A DNA stretch of 56,206 nt, taken from the NCBI GenBank assembly GCA_001303955.1, contig LJUP01000001.1, positions 86,328 to 142,533 of the forward strand. Direction: 5' to 3'. Source of the DNA: Bacteroides sp. SM23_62 (lineage in GTDB: Bacteria > Bacteroidota > Bacteroidia > Bacteroidales > SM23-62). A program made the translations under genes and the position numbers. A model generated the notes under the pieces. It ran no database searches and was not told where the DNA came from. It saw only the letters and a program-made list of their open reading frames with translations. Shown in pieces: positions 46,636-56,206 of the stretch (its first letter is position 1; each line of letters opens with the position of its first letter).

Positions 46636-48408
46636 TTGTATAGATCCCGGAAAATACATATTGGAAACCAGCGCATGGGGGACGGCGAACCCGTGCTGAT
46701 CCAGTCCATGACCAATGTATCCACCATGGATACAATTGCCTGTGTCGAGCAATGCATCCGTATATTCGATGCCGGGGCAACACTTGTCAGGATCACCGCC
46801 AGCAATATAAAAGAGGCCCGCAACCTCAAAAACATAAGACAGGAATTATCGAACAGGGGATATCATTTCCCTTTGTCGGCAGACGTCCATTTCAATCCAT
46901 CCATTGCCGAAATAGCCGCCGCGCATGTTGAAAAAATACGGATCAATCCCGGCAACTTTGCCAGGGATGACATCCAGGGGCCATTTCTTAAACTGCTGGC
47001 TGTCTGCCGTCAGCATAATACGGCCATCCGCATAGGCGTCAACCATGGATCGCTGGCTGAAAGGATCCTGGAAAAATTCGGGGACACACCTGAAGGAATG
47101 GTTGAATCTGCCATGGAGTATTTGAGGATCTGTCAGCAGCAAGGATTTCATAATGTGGTAGTCTCACTCAAATCAAGCAATGCCCGGATCATGATCTATG
47201 CCAACCGTTTGCTGCAAATGCGGATGATAGAGGAGAAAATGGATTTTCCCATTCACCTGGGAGTTACAGAGGCCGGTGCGGGGGAAGAAGGCCGGATACG
47301 GTCAGCTGTCGGCATAGGTACATTACTGAAGGAAGGGATAGGAAACACCATACGTGTTTCCCTCACCGAGGAACCCGAGCAGGAAATACCGGCAGCCCAA
47401 AAATTGCTGGAAGCAGCCTACAGGACAAACATCGGGGTGACAGGAAAACCCACTTTAATAAAGCCCCTTGAGACCAGCTACCAGAGAAGGAAATCAAAGA
47501 AAACAGGGAAAATCGGGGGAGGGCTGGTCCCAGTTGTCATAACAAGGTTCCCGGAAGAACCCATGGAAGAACAACCCACGGCTACTGAAGCGGATTATGT
47601 GTTTGTTTCGGATCATGAGCTGATCAATGATCTGCCCGGGGATCGCCGGTATATCCTGACGGCCGAATCATGGCTCCTCGAGGAATACCCTCAGGAAACA
47701 TTTTTCCCGTTGTTTTCCCTGAAGGATTTCACGGATTACGGGAAGACTTCTGATGTGCTGAATTTTGTGCTCGTAAGTCCTGATGAAACCAAACAAGCAC
47801 TTGAATTACTAAAAGCTCCGGAAGTTCCGGCATGCATTATTTACCTGCATGAAACCTCAGATAAATCACGCAAGGCATTTACCACCCTGGTGAAGGATGT
47901 AAGTTTCAGCATGCCGGTCATCATCATGGCATCCTATAATGAAAATGACCGGGAGAGGTTCTGGATGAGAACTGCAACTGAGCTGGCCTGGTATTTTATT
48001 GACGGGTATGCCGATGGTCTGTGGCTGGATCATCCTTTTGCAGACAATGACAAGCTGTCTGCCACCGCCTTTAAAATTCTTCAGGCCACGCGGGCCAGGA
48101 TGACAGAAACTGAATACATCGCCTGTCCATCCTGCGGGCGGACATTATTCAACATACAGGAGACACTCCGGGAGATCAAGGCGGCAACATCCCACCTGAA
48201 TCATCTCAAAATTGCCGTAATGGGATGTATTGTAAACGGTCCGGGTGAGATGGCAGATGCCGATTACGGTTATGTTGGATCGGGCAGGGGAAAAATAAGT
48301 TTATACCGAAATAAAGAAATGGTTAAGAAAAACATACCACAGCAAAACGCGGTGGAGGAATTGTTACATTTGATAAAAACTAATGGGGACTGGCATGATC
48401 GATCTTAA
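46636..48408 (+). CDS. ispG: (E)-4-hydroxy-3-methylbut-2-enyl-diphosphate synthase, long form with insert domain
   Basis: IQSMTN, ADVHF, RINPGN, RIGVNHGSL, HLGVTEAG, CPSCGR, GCIVNGPGE; TTG start. Confidence 0.97.
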   Translation: MYRSRKIHIGNQRMGDGEPVLIQSMTNVSTMDTIACVEQCIRIFDAGATLVRITASNIKEARNLKNIRQELSNRGYHFPLSADVHFNPSIAEIAAAHVEKIRINPGNFARDDIQGPFLKLLAVCRQHNTAIRIGVNHGSLAERILEKFGDTPEGMVESAMEYLRICQQQGFHNVVVSLKSSNARIMIYANRLLQMRMIEEKMDFPIHLGVTEAGAGEEGRIRSAVGIGTLLKEGIGNTIRVSLTEEPEQEIPAAQKLLEAAYRTNIGVTGKPTLIKPLETSYQRRKSKKTGKIGGGLVPVVITRFPEEPMEEQPTATEADYVFVSDHELINDLPGDRRYILTAESWLLEEYPQETFFPLFSLKDFTDYGKTSDVLNFVLVSPDETKQALELLKAPEVPACIIYLHETSDKSRKAFTTLVKDVSFSMPVIIMASYNENDRERFWMRTATELAWYFIDGYADGLWLDHPFADNDKLSATAFKILQATRARMTETEYIACPSCGRTLFNIQETLREIKAATSHLNHLKIAVMGCIVNGPGEMADADYGYVGSGRGKISLYRNKEMVKKNIPQQNAVEELLHLIKTNGDWHDRS

Positions 48409-49021
48409 AGGAATCAGGAATATTGTTCTGGATCTGGGAGGAGTGATTCTCGAACTGGATGTAAACAGAAGCATAAAAGCATTGAGTGAACTGGGCTTGA
48501 CCGGACTGGAAGACCTGGATATCATTTTTTCGAAATATCCCTTCTTTCTGGAATTTGAGACCGGAAGGATCAACGCCGGTCAATTTATGGATGCTTTGAC
48601 CGCCCGGCTGGGAGATCATGCACCCAGGGAAAAAATACTCGAGGCCTGGAATGCCATGATCCTGGGCTTCCGGCCTGACACCATCAATCTGCTAACTCAG
48701 CTCAAGGCAAAATACAGGATGTTTCTGCTGAGCAATACCAATGCCATTCATGAGGTATATTACAACAACCTCCTTCACATGGAACATGGCATCCCGAACC
48801 TGACTGACATTTTTGAAAAAGTTTATTATTCCCATGACCTTAATATGCGGAAACCGGACCATGAGATTTTCCAGCATATCCTGGCTGACAGCAGGCTTAC
48901 TGCCAGGGAAACCTTATATATCGATGATACGGAAGTACATGTAAAGGCTGCCGGGGACCTGGGGATCCATGGCTATCATCTCCGGTTACCACAAAGGATA
49001 ACCGAGGTATTATGCTTGTAA
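48395..49021 (+). CDS. HAD-family phosphatase (YihX-like sugar-1-phosphatase)
   Basis: IVLDLGGVI, LLSNTN..H, RKPD, YIDD. Confidence 0.9.
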   Translation: MIDLKGIRNIVLDLGGVILELDVNRSIKALSELGLTGLEDLDIIFSKYPFFLEFETGRINAGQFMDALTARLGDHAPREKILEAWNAMILGFRPDTINLLTQLKAKYRMFLLSNTNAIHEVYYNNLLHMEHGIPNLTDIFEKVYYSHDLNMRKPDHEIFQHILADSRLTARETLYIDDTEVHVKAAGDLGIHGYHLRLPQRITEVLCL

Positions 49022-50103
49022 AGGGGAAACCATACCAGACCATATGGATGGATCAGTCTGATCAGGACAGGATCCGGTATATCAACCAGGATATCCTGCC
49101 GTTCGAGTTCAGGATAGAGGAAATGCACTCATCGGCAGACGGCTATGATATGATCCGGACAATGAAGGTAAGGGGAGCCCCACTGATAGGCGTTACGGCT
49201 GCCTTTGGCATTTACATGGCATGCCTTGAAGCAAGACAACAACCCTCACCGTTGGCTTATCTCATGAAGCAGGCTGCCATGATCAGAGAAGCACGGCCCA
49301 CGGCTGTAAACCTTGCCCGGGCAGTGGATCGCATGTTGGGAATAATGACAAATGATCCTGATCAACTGATCCATGATGCCAGGGCTGAGGCACTGAAGAT
49401 CAGGGAGGAAGAACTCCATGCTTCTTACATGATAGGCCAGCATGGCCTGGAGATCATCAGGGGGATCAGTGAAAGTAAAAATAGGGAACCGGTTAATATA
49501 TTGACCCATTGCAATGCTGGATGGCTGGCCTGTATTGATTATGGGACTGCCACATCACCCATCTACCGGGCATTCGATGAGCAGATTCCCGTTCATGTCT
49601 GGGTCGATGAAACCCGGCCGCGGAACCAGGGGGCCAGGCTGACGGCCTGGGAACTCGGGCAACATGGCGTACCCCATACGGTTATCGTGGATAATGCCGG
49701 AGGCCATATCATGCAGAAAGGCATGGTGGATGTTGTCATTACCGGCAGTGACCGGACAACCCGCCATGGAGATGTGGCCAATAAAATAGGCACCTATCTG
49801 AAAGCCCTGGCCGCCAGGGATAATGACATCCCTTTCTATGTGGCCCTTCCCGTATCTACCATTGATTTTGACATTGCATCCGGGATAAATGAAATTCCTA
49901 TTGAAGAAAGGGATCCTGATGAGGTCAGGGTAATGGAAGGCATCTCGGATAGCAAGATTCAGAGCGTGAGGATCATGCCAGAAGACAGCCCGGTTTCCAA
50001 CTATGGTTTCGATGTAACCCCTGCCGGTCTGATAAGTGGGCTAATTACCGAAAAAGGGATCTGCAAAGCCAGTGAAAGTGAGATCATGAAATTAAAAGAT
50101 TGA
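49012..50103 (+). CDS. mtnA: S-methyl-5-thioribose-1-phosphate isomerase
   Basis: MKVRGAPLIG, RPTAVNL, LTHCNAG, DETRPRNQGARLT, ANKIGTY, FDVTP. Confidence 0.96.
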   Translation: MLVKGKPYQTIWMDQSDQDRIRYINQDILPFEFRIEEMHSSADGYDMIRTMKVRGAPLIGVTAAFGIYMACLEARQQPSPLAYLMKQAAMIREARPTAVNLARAVDRMLGIMTNDPDQLIHDARAEALKIREEELHASYMIGQHGLEIIRGISESKNREPVNILTHCNAGWLACIDYGTATSPIYRAFDEQIPVHVWVDETRPRNQGARLTAWELGQHGVPHTVIVDNAGGHIMQKGMVDVVITGSDRTTRHGDVANKIGTYLKALAARDNDIPFYVALPVSTIDFDIASGINEIPIEERDPDEVRVMEGISDSKIQSVRIMPEDSPVSNYGFDVTPAGLISGLITEKGICKASESEIMKLKD

Positions 50104-50108
50104 TCCGC

Positions 50109-50855
50109 ATGAAGCTTTCAGTGATATCAGACATTCACTCAGACCTGGTCAGCTTGCAGGAGACCCTGCGGGAGATTGATAAACAAAAATGCGACAAGAT
50201 CCTGTGCCTGGGGGATATTGTAGGTTACGGCCTGCATTTTGAAGGGAGCCTGGATGGAAGAAATGCGGATGCCTGTGTCAGGATGGTTAAAAACCATTGC
50301 GATTATATAGTCTGCGGGAACCATGACCTGCATGCCATTATGAAACTTCCTTCCTACCACGACGAGCTGGGTATGCCTGAGAACTGGTATGAACTTGACC
50401 TGGAGGAAAAACAACGGGTCTCAAAATCGCAACTATGGCTATACGAAGATGAGATAGAAGATCCTGTCAGTGAATCAAGCTGTGATTTTCTCAATAAACT
50501 ACCTGAATATATTGTTATCGAAACGAGGGACTTTAATATCCTGGCCACTCATTTTATCGAACCTGACATTACAGGTACCTCAAAAGCATCACCTTCAGGC
50601 CGGAAAGATTTTTCCGGGCACCTGAAACTGCTGAGGAAGAAAAAATGCCTGGCAGGTTTTGCCGGTCATGCTCATTTGGAGGGTTTTGCCCGCATATCCA
50701 GGAAGGATTACCTGATGAATTATTACCGGAAATCTCACCTGCTAAAGACACGACAGATCATTGTGGGGCCACCCGTCACACGAAATCCCGGGAGCAGGGG
50801 GTTTATCATACTGGATACCCTTAGCCGTGAATTTGAAGCCATTTCATTGAAATAA
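50109..50855 (+). CDS. Calcineurin-like metallophosphoesterase (alternative TTG start at 50100)
   Basis: SDIH, GDIVGYG, GNHD, TH and GHAH, a complete binuclear metal motif set. Confidence 0.92.
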   Translation: MKLSVISDIHSDLVSLQETLREIDKQKCDKILCLGDIVGYGLHFEGSLDGRNADACVRMVKNHCDYIVCGNHDLHAIMKLPSYHDELGMPENWYELDLEEKQRVSKSQLWLYEDEIEDPVSESSCDFLNKLPEYIVIETRDFNILATHFIEPDITGTSKASPSGRKDFSGHLKLLRKKKCLAGFAGHAHLEGFARISRKDYLMNYYRKSHLLKTRQIIVGPPVTRNPGSRGFIILDTLSREFEAISLK

Positions 50856-50890
50856 TGTCAGTATCTTCGTAAAAACCACATCCCCACAGT

Positions 50891-52939
50891 ATGTCAAGGA
50901 CTTTCAATAAACATTACCTCATTCCCTTTGCCCTGATCATTCCCGGGTTGATGGCTTTCGCCTGGCTTGCGTATCAATATACCCGTTCCGGGACGAGCTT
51001 ATTGTTTTATGCACTGGGCGCTGATTTTGTGATCATTATTGTTTTAATGGTCCTGGTTGTGCGGAAGGTTTTCAAGGAACATACCAGCCAGCAGCAATCT
51101 CAGGAGCGCCTGACCGAGGCCAATGAAAAATACAGGGCTTTGATGGAAACATCCACCGATGGTACATTGATCATCATTGAAAAGACAATCGTACATGCCA
51201 ATTTCGTCTTCCTGGCCATGAGCGGGTATACACTCACAGACCTTTCCCGGCTGACATTTGAAGACCTGATCGTTTTAAAATCAACTCCAGATATGAACCT
51301 TGATGCATTTTATGAAGAGATAGGCGATACAGGCAGAACGGTCAACATGGAGGCAAGCATATCCTGTAAAAGGGGGGAAATGAGGGAAGTCATACTCACT
51401 GCCTCGAGGGTGGATCTGATGGAAAAGCGCGGGATCATCATTGTCAGCAAGGATCTTTCCCGCAAGGAAAGAATAGAAAAAGAATCTATCAACCTGATGA
51501 ATGAACTGCAATCAAGCATACTGATGATGAACCTGCCGGTGAAGTCTTTCGTCAGGGAGCATATTACCTGTGATATGGACATACCAGTTCATGAGGCGGC
51601 TTCAATGATGCGCCGGAAAGATCAAAATGCCATCATCGTTACCAAGGATACCATTCAGCAGCCTGTCGGGATCGTTACCGATTGCGATCTGAGAAACAGG
51701 GTGGTTGCCCGAGCGTTTGATGTTAGCAGGCCGGTCTTTGAGATCATGAGTTCCCCGCTGGTCAGGATCCCGGATGAAGCCTTGCTGTATGAGGCCGTGC
51801 TTCAGATCAAGGGAAACGACATTTCACACCTGGCCGTGGAAGACAGGGCCGGCAGGATTACTGGCATATTCAGCAATGAAGATCTGCTCGAGGTTCAGCG
51901 CAATTCCATATCATACCTGATCAAAGAAGTAAATGCCGCAGAAACCGTTGAATCACTCAAGAAGATTCATAATAAAATACCGGTCCTTGTGAAAATCCTG
52001 CTTGAAAGTGGATCCAGGGTGAGAAACGTAACCTACCTGATCAGTACAGTGACCGATGCCATCACGCATCGCCTTGTGGAATTTGCCATCGAGGAAATGG
52101 GAGAACCACCTGCTGAATTTGCCTTCCTTGCACTGGGGAGTGAGGGACGCAGGGAACAGACCCTGGTCACTGACCAGGACAATGCCATTGTTTTCGAAGA
52201 TGTGCCCAATGAAAAATTTGCCCAGGTAAACCGGTATTTTCTTTACTTTGGCAAGAAGATAAACCTCTGGCTGGATAAGATCGGCTACCAGTATTGCAAG
52301 GGTGATGTCATGGCCGGTAATCCCCAGTGGTGTCAGCCCGTATCCAGGTGGAAAAATTATTTCTCTGAATGGATCAACCAGAAAAGCGAAGAGAGTCTGC
52401 TGGGAATAGCTGTATTCTTTGATTTCCGTATTGTTTACGGAACAGACAAATATGCCGATGAGCTAAGAAGACATATCAATAAGATGATCGACGGCAAAAG
52501 AACTTTTTTCCGGCTACTGGCCAATGAAGTTTCAAAATACAAGATCCCAACGGATATATTTAAGGATAATGGACCAGAAACCACGGCAGGCATCACTGAA
52601 TCCTTCAATATAAAAAATGCCATTTCACCCCTGGTGGATTTCATCCGGGTGTATTCCATTCAAAATCATGTGAGTGAGTCCAACAGTCTTCTCCGATTGG
52701 AGAAAATGCTCAGGATGAAAGTCATACCGGAGGAAGAATACCATGAGATAGAAAATATTTACAGCCGGATGATGGAAATCCGCTTCCGGTCACATGTGAA
52801 TGCCATACTGGATAATAAGTCCCCCGATAACATGGTTACCCGTGATGAACTGACGGTCATCGAACAAACCATGATCCGGAAAACCTTCTCAGAGATTATA
52901 CGGTATCAGCATAAAATACTGGATGATTTCGGAGATTGA
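50891..52939 (+). CDS. Membrane-anchored PAS-CBS-CBS-DUF294 nucleotidyltransferase-like protein
   Basis: Two TMs; coiled coil into PAS (KYRALMETSTDG...ANFVFLAMSGY); CBS pair (VGIVTDCDLR...IMSSP); GSEGRREQTLVTDQDNA; C.GDVMAGNP.W; FFDFR; DUF294_C FNIK...P. Confidence 0.88.
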   Translation: MSRTFNKHYLIPFALIIPGLMAFAWLAYQYTRSGTSLLFYALGADFVIIIVLMVLVVRKVFKEHTSQQQSQERLTEANEKYRALMETSTDGTLIIIEKTIVHANFVFLAMSGYTLTDLSRLTFEDLIVLKSTPDMNLDAFYEEIGDTGRTVNMEASISCKRGEMREVILTASRVDLMEKRGIIIVSKDLSRKERIEKESINLMNELQSSILMMNLPVKSFVREHITCDMDIPVHEAASMMRRKDQNAIIVTKDTIQQPVGIVTDCDLRNRVVARAFDVSRPVFEIMSSPLVRIPDEALLYEAVLQIKGNDISHLAVEDRAGRITGIFSNEDLLEVQRNSISYLIKEVNAAETVESLKKIHNKIPVLVKILLESGSRVRNVTYLISTVTDAITHRLVEFAIEEMGEPPAEFAFLALGSEGRREQTLVTDQDNAIVFEDVPNEKFAQVNRYFLYFGKKINLWLDKIGYQYCKGDVMAGNPQWCQPVSRWKNYFSEWINQKSEESLLGIAVFFDFRIVYGTDKYADELRRHINKMIDGKRTFFRLLANEVSKYKIPTDIFKDNGPETTAGITESFNIKNAISPLVDFIRVYSIQNHVSESNSLLRLEKMLRMKVIPEEEYHEIENIYSRMMEIRFRSHVNAILDNKSPDNMVTRDELTVIEQTMIRKTFSEIIRYQHKILDDFGD

Positions 52940-53007
52940 CCTGTTCCCGGCTTGAAATATCCTGCAGAAAGCCGTAACTTTATCTGGCGCTCCTTCATCT
53001 GCACGCC

Positions 53008-53700
53008 ATGAAGATCGATCTGTCGAAATACCTGACCGAGCGTTACCAGGATTCCATGTTGAAACAGGAATACGAGGGACCTGTTGTTACCATTGCACGA
53101 GATTTCGGGTGTCCTGCCAGAAAAATTGCCTCAAGATTAACCAACCAGTTAAACCAGCTCAAAGAATCAAGGTCAAAAAATATCCGCTGGCGCTGGATCA
53201 GCAAGGAGATCCTCGCAGAATCTGCCAGGGAGCTGGAAATGGACCCAGCTGATATCAAGTATGTCTTCCAATATGAGAAAAAAACAGTTTTTGATGATAT
53301 CCTGTCATCTCAATCCAGGAAATATTATAAAAGCGACAGAAAAATCCGGAAAACGGTTGCCCAGGTCATCCGGAACATTGCTTCTGAAGGGAATGTGGTA
53401 ATTGTTGGCCGGGGAGGAGTGGCCATTACCAAGGATATTGAAAGATCCCTGCATATTAAACTGGAAGCCCCAATGGAATGGCGCGCACTTCGGGCATCTG
53501 AAAAGTATTGTATATCCCTTGAACAGGCCAGAAAAAGGGCTGTCGAAATTGATAAGAAACGGGAGGAATTCAGGAATTATTTTCACGGAAAAGGATCTGA
53601 TTATACACGATTCGATGTCAAATATAATTGCATGTCACTGAGCCTGGATGACATTGTTTGCAGTATTATAAACCTCCTGCAATCCAGGAAATTCGTCTGA
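53008..53700 (+). CDS. Cytidylate-kinase-like family protein
   Basis: VVTIARDFGCPA (degenerate P-loop), GNVVIVGRGG, HIKLEAP.EWR, D..R..F. Confidence 0.85.
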   Translation: MKIDLSKYLTERYQDSMLKQEYEGPVVTIARDFGCPARKIASRLTNQLNQLKESRSKNIRWRWISKEILAESARELEMDPADIKYVFQYEKKTVFDDILSSQSRKYYKSDRKIRKTVAQVIRNIASEGNVVIVGRGGVAITKDIERSLHIKLEAPMEWRALRASEKYCISLEQARKRAVEIDKKREEFRNYFHGKGSDYTRFDVKYNCMSLSLDDIVCSIINLLQSRKFV

Positions 53701-53771
53701 CCCCTGTTAACACTTGCTTTTCAACATCTTGTGAAAAATCCTTATTTTAGGATCGACTACAGATTGTTCAT

Positions 53772-54668
53772 ATGCAAATAAAACTTTCACAAGCCCTGCT
53801 GGCCGGAGTTACTTATATTCTATTACTTACCGGATGCAGCCAGCGGGGAAAGCAAGGGGTTGACTTAACAGAATCCATTGACCTCAGTGATTTCAAGGAG
53901 ACAACTGATTCTGTGAATCGATCCATTCATTATACAATGTCCCTGCCAGTTGAAATGGCCAGGCTATTTGATCATGTCGGCGTAAATTTTTACCCGGATC
54001 TCCTGAATCCACCCGATGCGTTCGGGAAATATACCCGTCCCGCTAAAATAGCATTAAACCTAGGGGTATATGGTGTCGACCTGAGTTATGTCAAGATGTT
54101 CAACCAGCACCAGAGATCGGTTGCTTACCTGGCATCAATCAACAGACTGGCTACCGAGATGGGCATACCCAGAGAGATATACGGGGATGTCATGGACAAC
54201 CTGGAGTTATTCATCGCAAATCCGGACAGCCTTTCCCGGGCTGCCATAAGACTTTATTCGGCTACAGATGACTATCTGAGAGAAGATAAACAGGAAGGCG
54301 CAGCTTCCCTCGTTGCCATGGGAGGATGGATAGAAACCATGTATATTGCCACCCAGATCTATGAAAGTGATCCAGGGAATATTGCCATGCAGGATAAGAT
54401 TGCCGAACAAAAATATTCACTGAACAGCCTGATTGCCCTGATGAATAACTATCATGCCGATCTGGACCTGGCCGAATACCTGCTGATGCTGAAAAACCTT
54501 CGGCGCACTTATAACCAGTTTCAATTGTATTACAAAAAGGGGAATGTGATGGTGGATACTTCCAGTAAAACAATTTCAGCCGAAGGTTATTATCTGAATG
54601 TGACCCCCGGACAGATGCAGGAAATTTCAACGAAGATAAAAAACCTGCGGACCCTCATCATTCATTGA
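53772..54668 (+). CDS. Hypothetical alpha-helical lipoprotein
   Basis: Lipobox LLTGC; [31 protein letters not shown] blocks. Confidence 0.75.
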   Translation: MQIKLSQALLAGVTYILLLTGCSQRGKQGVDLTESIDLSDFKETTDSVNRSIHYTMSLPVEMARLFDHVGVNFYPDLLNPPDAFGKYTRPAKIALNLGVYGVDLSYVKMFNQHQRSVAYLASINRLATEMGIPREIYGDVMDNLELFIANPDSLSRAAIRLYSATDDYLREDKQEGAASLVAMGGWIETMYIATQIYESDPGNIAMQDKIAEQKYSLNSLIALMNNYHADLDLAEYLLMLKNLRRTYNQFQLYYKKGNVMVDTSSKTISAEGYYLNVTPGQMQEISTKIKNLRTLIIH

Positions 54669-56193
54669 CACGGATCTTAAAATAGCTGAATTCATTCCAC
54701 TGGATCGCCGGGATAACAATCTCATTGTTCAATTTAATATAATGTTGCAGTGGAACCGGTGTTTTCATGCTGTTTTTCGTTTTCTCATAGACTATACTGC
54801 TTGTAAGTATTCCATCCTGATCGATACCGATGACCTTCAGGTTCATTTTACCATCCTCATTCAGCGCATGGATCCTGTCTTCATCCGGCCACTGGCGGTT
54901 TTTGGGGTTGTCATTGAAAAACAGGTAAACCTTTTCGTATTGATAGGGAGACAGCACACAGTAGGAGGAATAATTCCGTGAATGCGTTAAATTGTGCTGC
55001 TGGTTTTTCAGGATCAGCTTTTTCCATTTTAAAATGCCACCGGGACTAATACTGGCGGCAAGGATATTGAGGTAGGTATCATATGTCCAATTCCTTTGAT
55101 TTTCCGCCAGCAAAAGGAAATCCCCGTTCTTTTGCAGAATGAGCTGATCAAGCTTGAAATAATACAATTGTTTTGGGTCCCTGGTGGACTGGAGCTGCAT
55201 GGCCTCTCTTAAAAACCATTCTTCAAATTCATAGAATCGCGGTTTCGAAAGCTCTTTTGAACGGTTATTCAGGCTGAGGTAGAAAATGCCATCGGCTGCA
55301 TTGATGTTTGAAGTTGGAGAGTAAAAACCGGCGCAGCTAACATCGTGGCCCAGACCCGGTTCTATCTGTATCCCATGAATGTAATTCCGCGGAAAGTAAA
55401 CAGGGTACTGATGGGCATTTTCTCCATTCTCGGTGATGGCCAGCAGGACATATTTGCTGCTAAGTATGTAAAAGAACCCGGCCAGCTTTTCATCTCGCAC
55501 AAGACAGAGCAGAAATGCATTACCGTTTTCACTCACTTTTACCACATCCTTGCCCGCAGGCCTGTCCTCAAACAGGATTTTTTCTGTATGTTCCCATATA
55601 ATCTCCAGATCCTTCCCGAACATGATGAAATTCAGATCAGAGATATGTCTTGAATGAACATCCAGCTGGCTGTAAACAAGTAATTTCTGATCCTGCCGCG
55701 AACTTTTAAAATGAAATTCAGCGGAATACCCCCTGAGATTGTGGACATTCAGGATAAGTTTATCGTCCCGGTTCTGTTCCAGGGTGGATTTATCAACGGT
55801 CTCCACATAAAGCATCCTTCTTCTGATCCGGTATTCGACGGTGAAAAGGTAAATCTTATCATGAAAATGATATATCGCCAGAAGTTCCCTTTTGCGCCAC
55901 CAGCCATGACGCAAATCAACTTCTATCTCACGGGTGAACTTAAGATCGCGATCATAGTGTTCAATCACATAATCATAATTATAAGATAAAGCATAATAAC
56001 CTGTTTCATCATGTCCGAAAATGGTCGGTATCTCTGAACTGGCTGGAATATCCCGTGGCTCACCCTGAAACAGCTCCACCGGTGGGGTAAACAACTGCCC
56101 GGATACAGAAAACAGGATGCCCAGCAAAATACTATTACAGAGCAGGAACTTCGATGACTGGACTTTTAGGCAAATATAATACACCCGTTCCAA
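54658..56193 (-). CDS. Hypothetical exported beta-rich (propeller-like) protein; start uncertain
   Basis: 511-codon ORF, signal-like hydrophobic N-terminus, repeated beta-blade patterns (G.LKWK..I.K.Q, VYLFFND). Confidence 0.7.
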   Translation of the reverse strand: MERVYYICLKVQSSKFLLCNSILLGILFSVSGQLFTPPVELFQGEPRDIPASSEIPTIFGHDETGYYALSYNYDYVIEHYDRDLKFTREIEVDLRHGWWRKRELLAIYHFHDKIYLFTVEYRIRRRMLYVETVDKSTLEQNRDDKLILNVHNLRGYSAEFHFKSSRQDQKLLVYSQLDVHSRHISDLNFIMFGKDLEIIWEHTEKILFEDRPAGKDVVKVSENGNAFLLCLVRDEKLAGFFYILSSKYVLLAITENGENAHQYPVYFPRNYIHGIQIEPGLGHDVSCAGFYSPTSNINAADGIFYLSLNNRSKELSKPRFYEFEEWFLREAMQLQSTRDPKQLYYFKLDQLILQKNGDFLLLAENQRNWTYDTYLNILAASISPGGILKWKKLILKNQQHNLTHSRNYSSYCVLSPYQYEKVYLFFNDNPKNRQWPDEDRIHALNEDGKMNLKVIGIDQDGILTSSIVYEKTKNSMKTPVPLQHYIKLNNEIVIPAIQWNEFSYFKIRVNE

Positions 56194-56206
56194 CTGCTAA
56201 AGAAAT

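Noticed and set aside
46615-46638. cysS and ispG are in frame, separated by one TAG (possible read-through fusion); an out-of-frame ATG at 46625 would join ispG if one A were missing
   Set aside because: In-frame adjacency has a 1-in-3 chance, both proteins look complete, TAG is used as a normal stop elsewhere, and the TTG start suffices
50891-52939. CBASS/CD-NTase anti-phage system
   Set aside because: The NTase motif and flanking domains are DUF294/GlnD-type rather than cGAS/DncV-like, and there are no Cap effector or E1/E2/JAB genes
1-56206. tRNA, rRNA, IS elements, integrases, prophage
   Set aside because: Intergenic gaps are short, none shows a cloverleaf or terminal inverted repeats, and no ORF has transposase, recombinase or phage motifs

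Overview
A gene-dense (about 52 CDS) chromosomal segment from a Bacteroidota bacterium, probably Bacteroidales/Marinilabiliales-like. The assignment rests on the many TAnnTTTG -7 promoter elements, the dut-TPR-DUF4292-envC-ybeY-mnmG and ileS-dksA-lspA gene orders, a long-form IspG and an RRM protein. Most genes are housekeeping (polA, uvrC, mnmG, pheS, ruvB, nadA, hemW, ileS, rnr, cysS, ispG). I found no rRNA, tRNA, CRISPR array, transposase or prophage. The main non-coding signal is a probable replication origin with no dnaA gene nearby: a very AT-rich 495-bp gap between nadA and an Rrf2 gene (24472-24966). It has a DnaA-trio/GC-spacer/box arrangement and repeated non-canonical boxes ending in AACA, dominant gene orientation switches across it, and a perfect parS palindrome lies 16 kb away beside mnmG. 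The best candidate for an undescribed system is a membrane-anchored PAS-CBS-DUF294 nucleotidyltransferase flanked by a metallophosphoesterase and a cytidylate-kinase-like protein, downstream of a tightly coupled cysS-ispG-HAD-mtnA operon. Other oddities are a secreted CotH-like kinase, a stand-alone PD-(D/E)XK-like protein, a divergent four-helix-bundle protein, a poly-T frameshift in a WecA/MraY-family gene, an IleRS2 with a GIHH motif, and a hairpin covering the uvrC initiation region. All assignments come from reading motifs by eye; no database searches were run.
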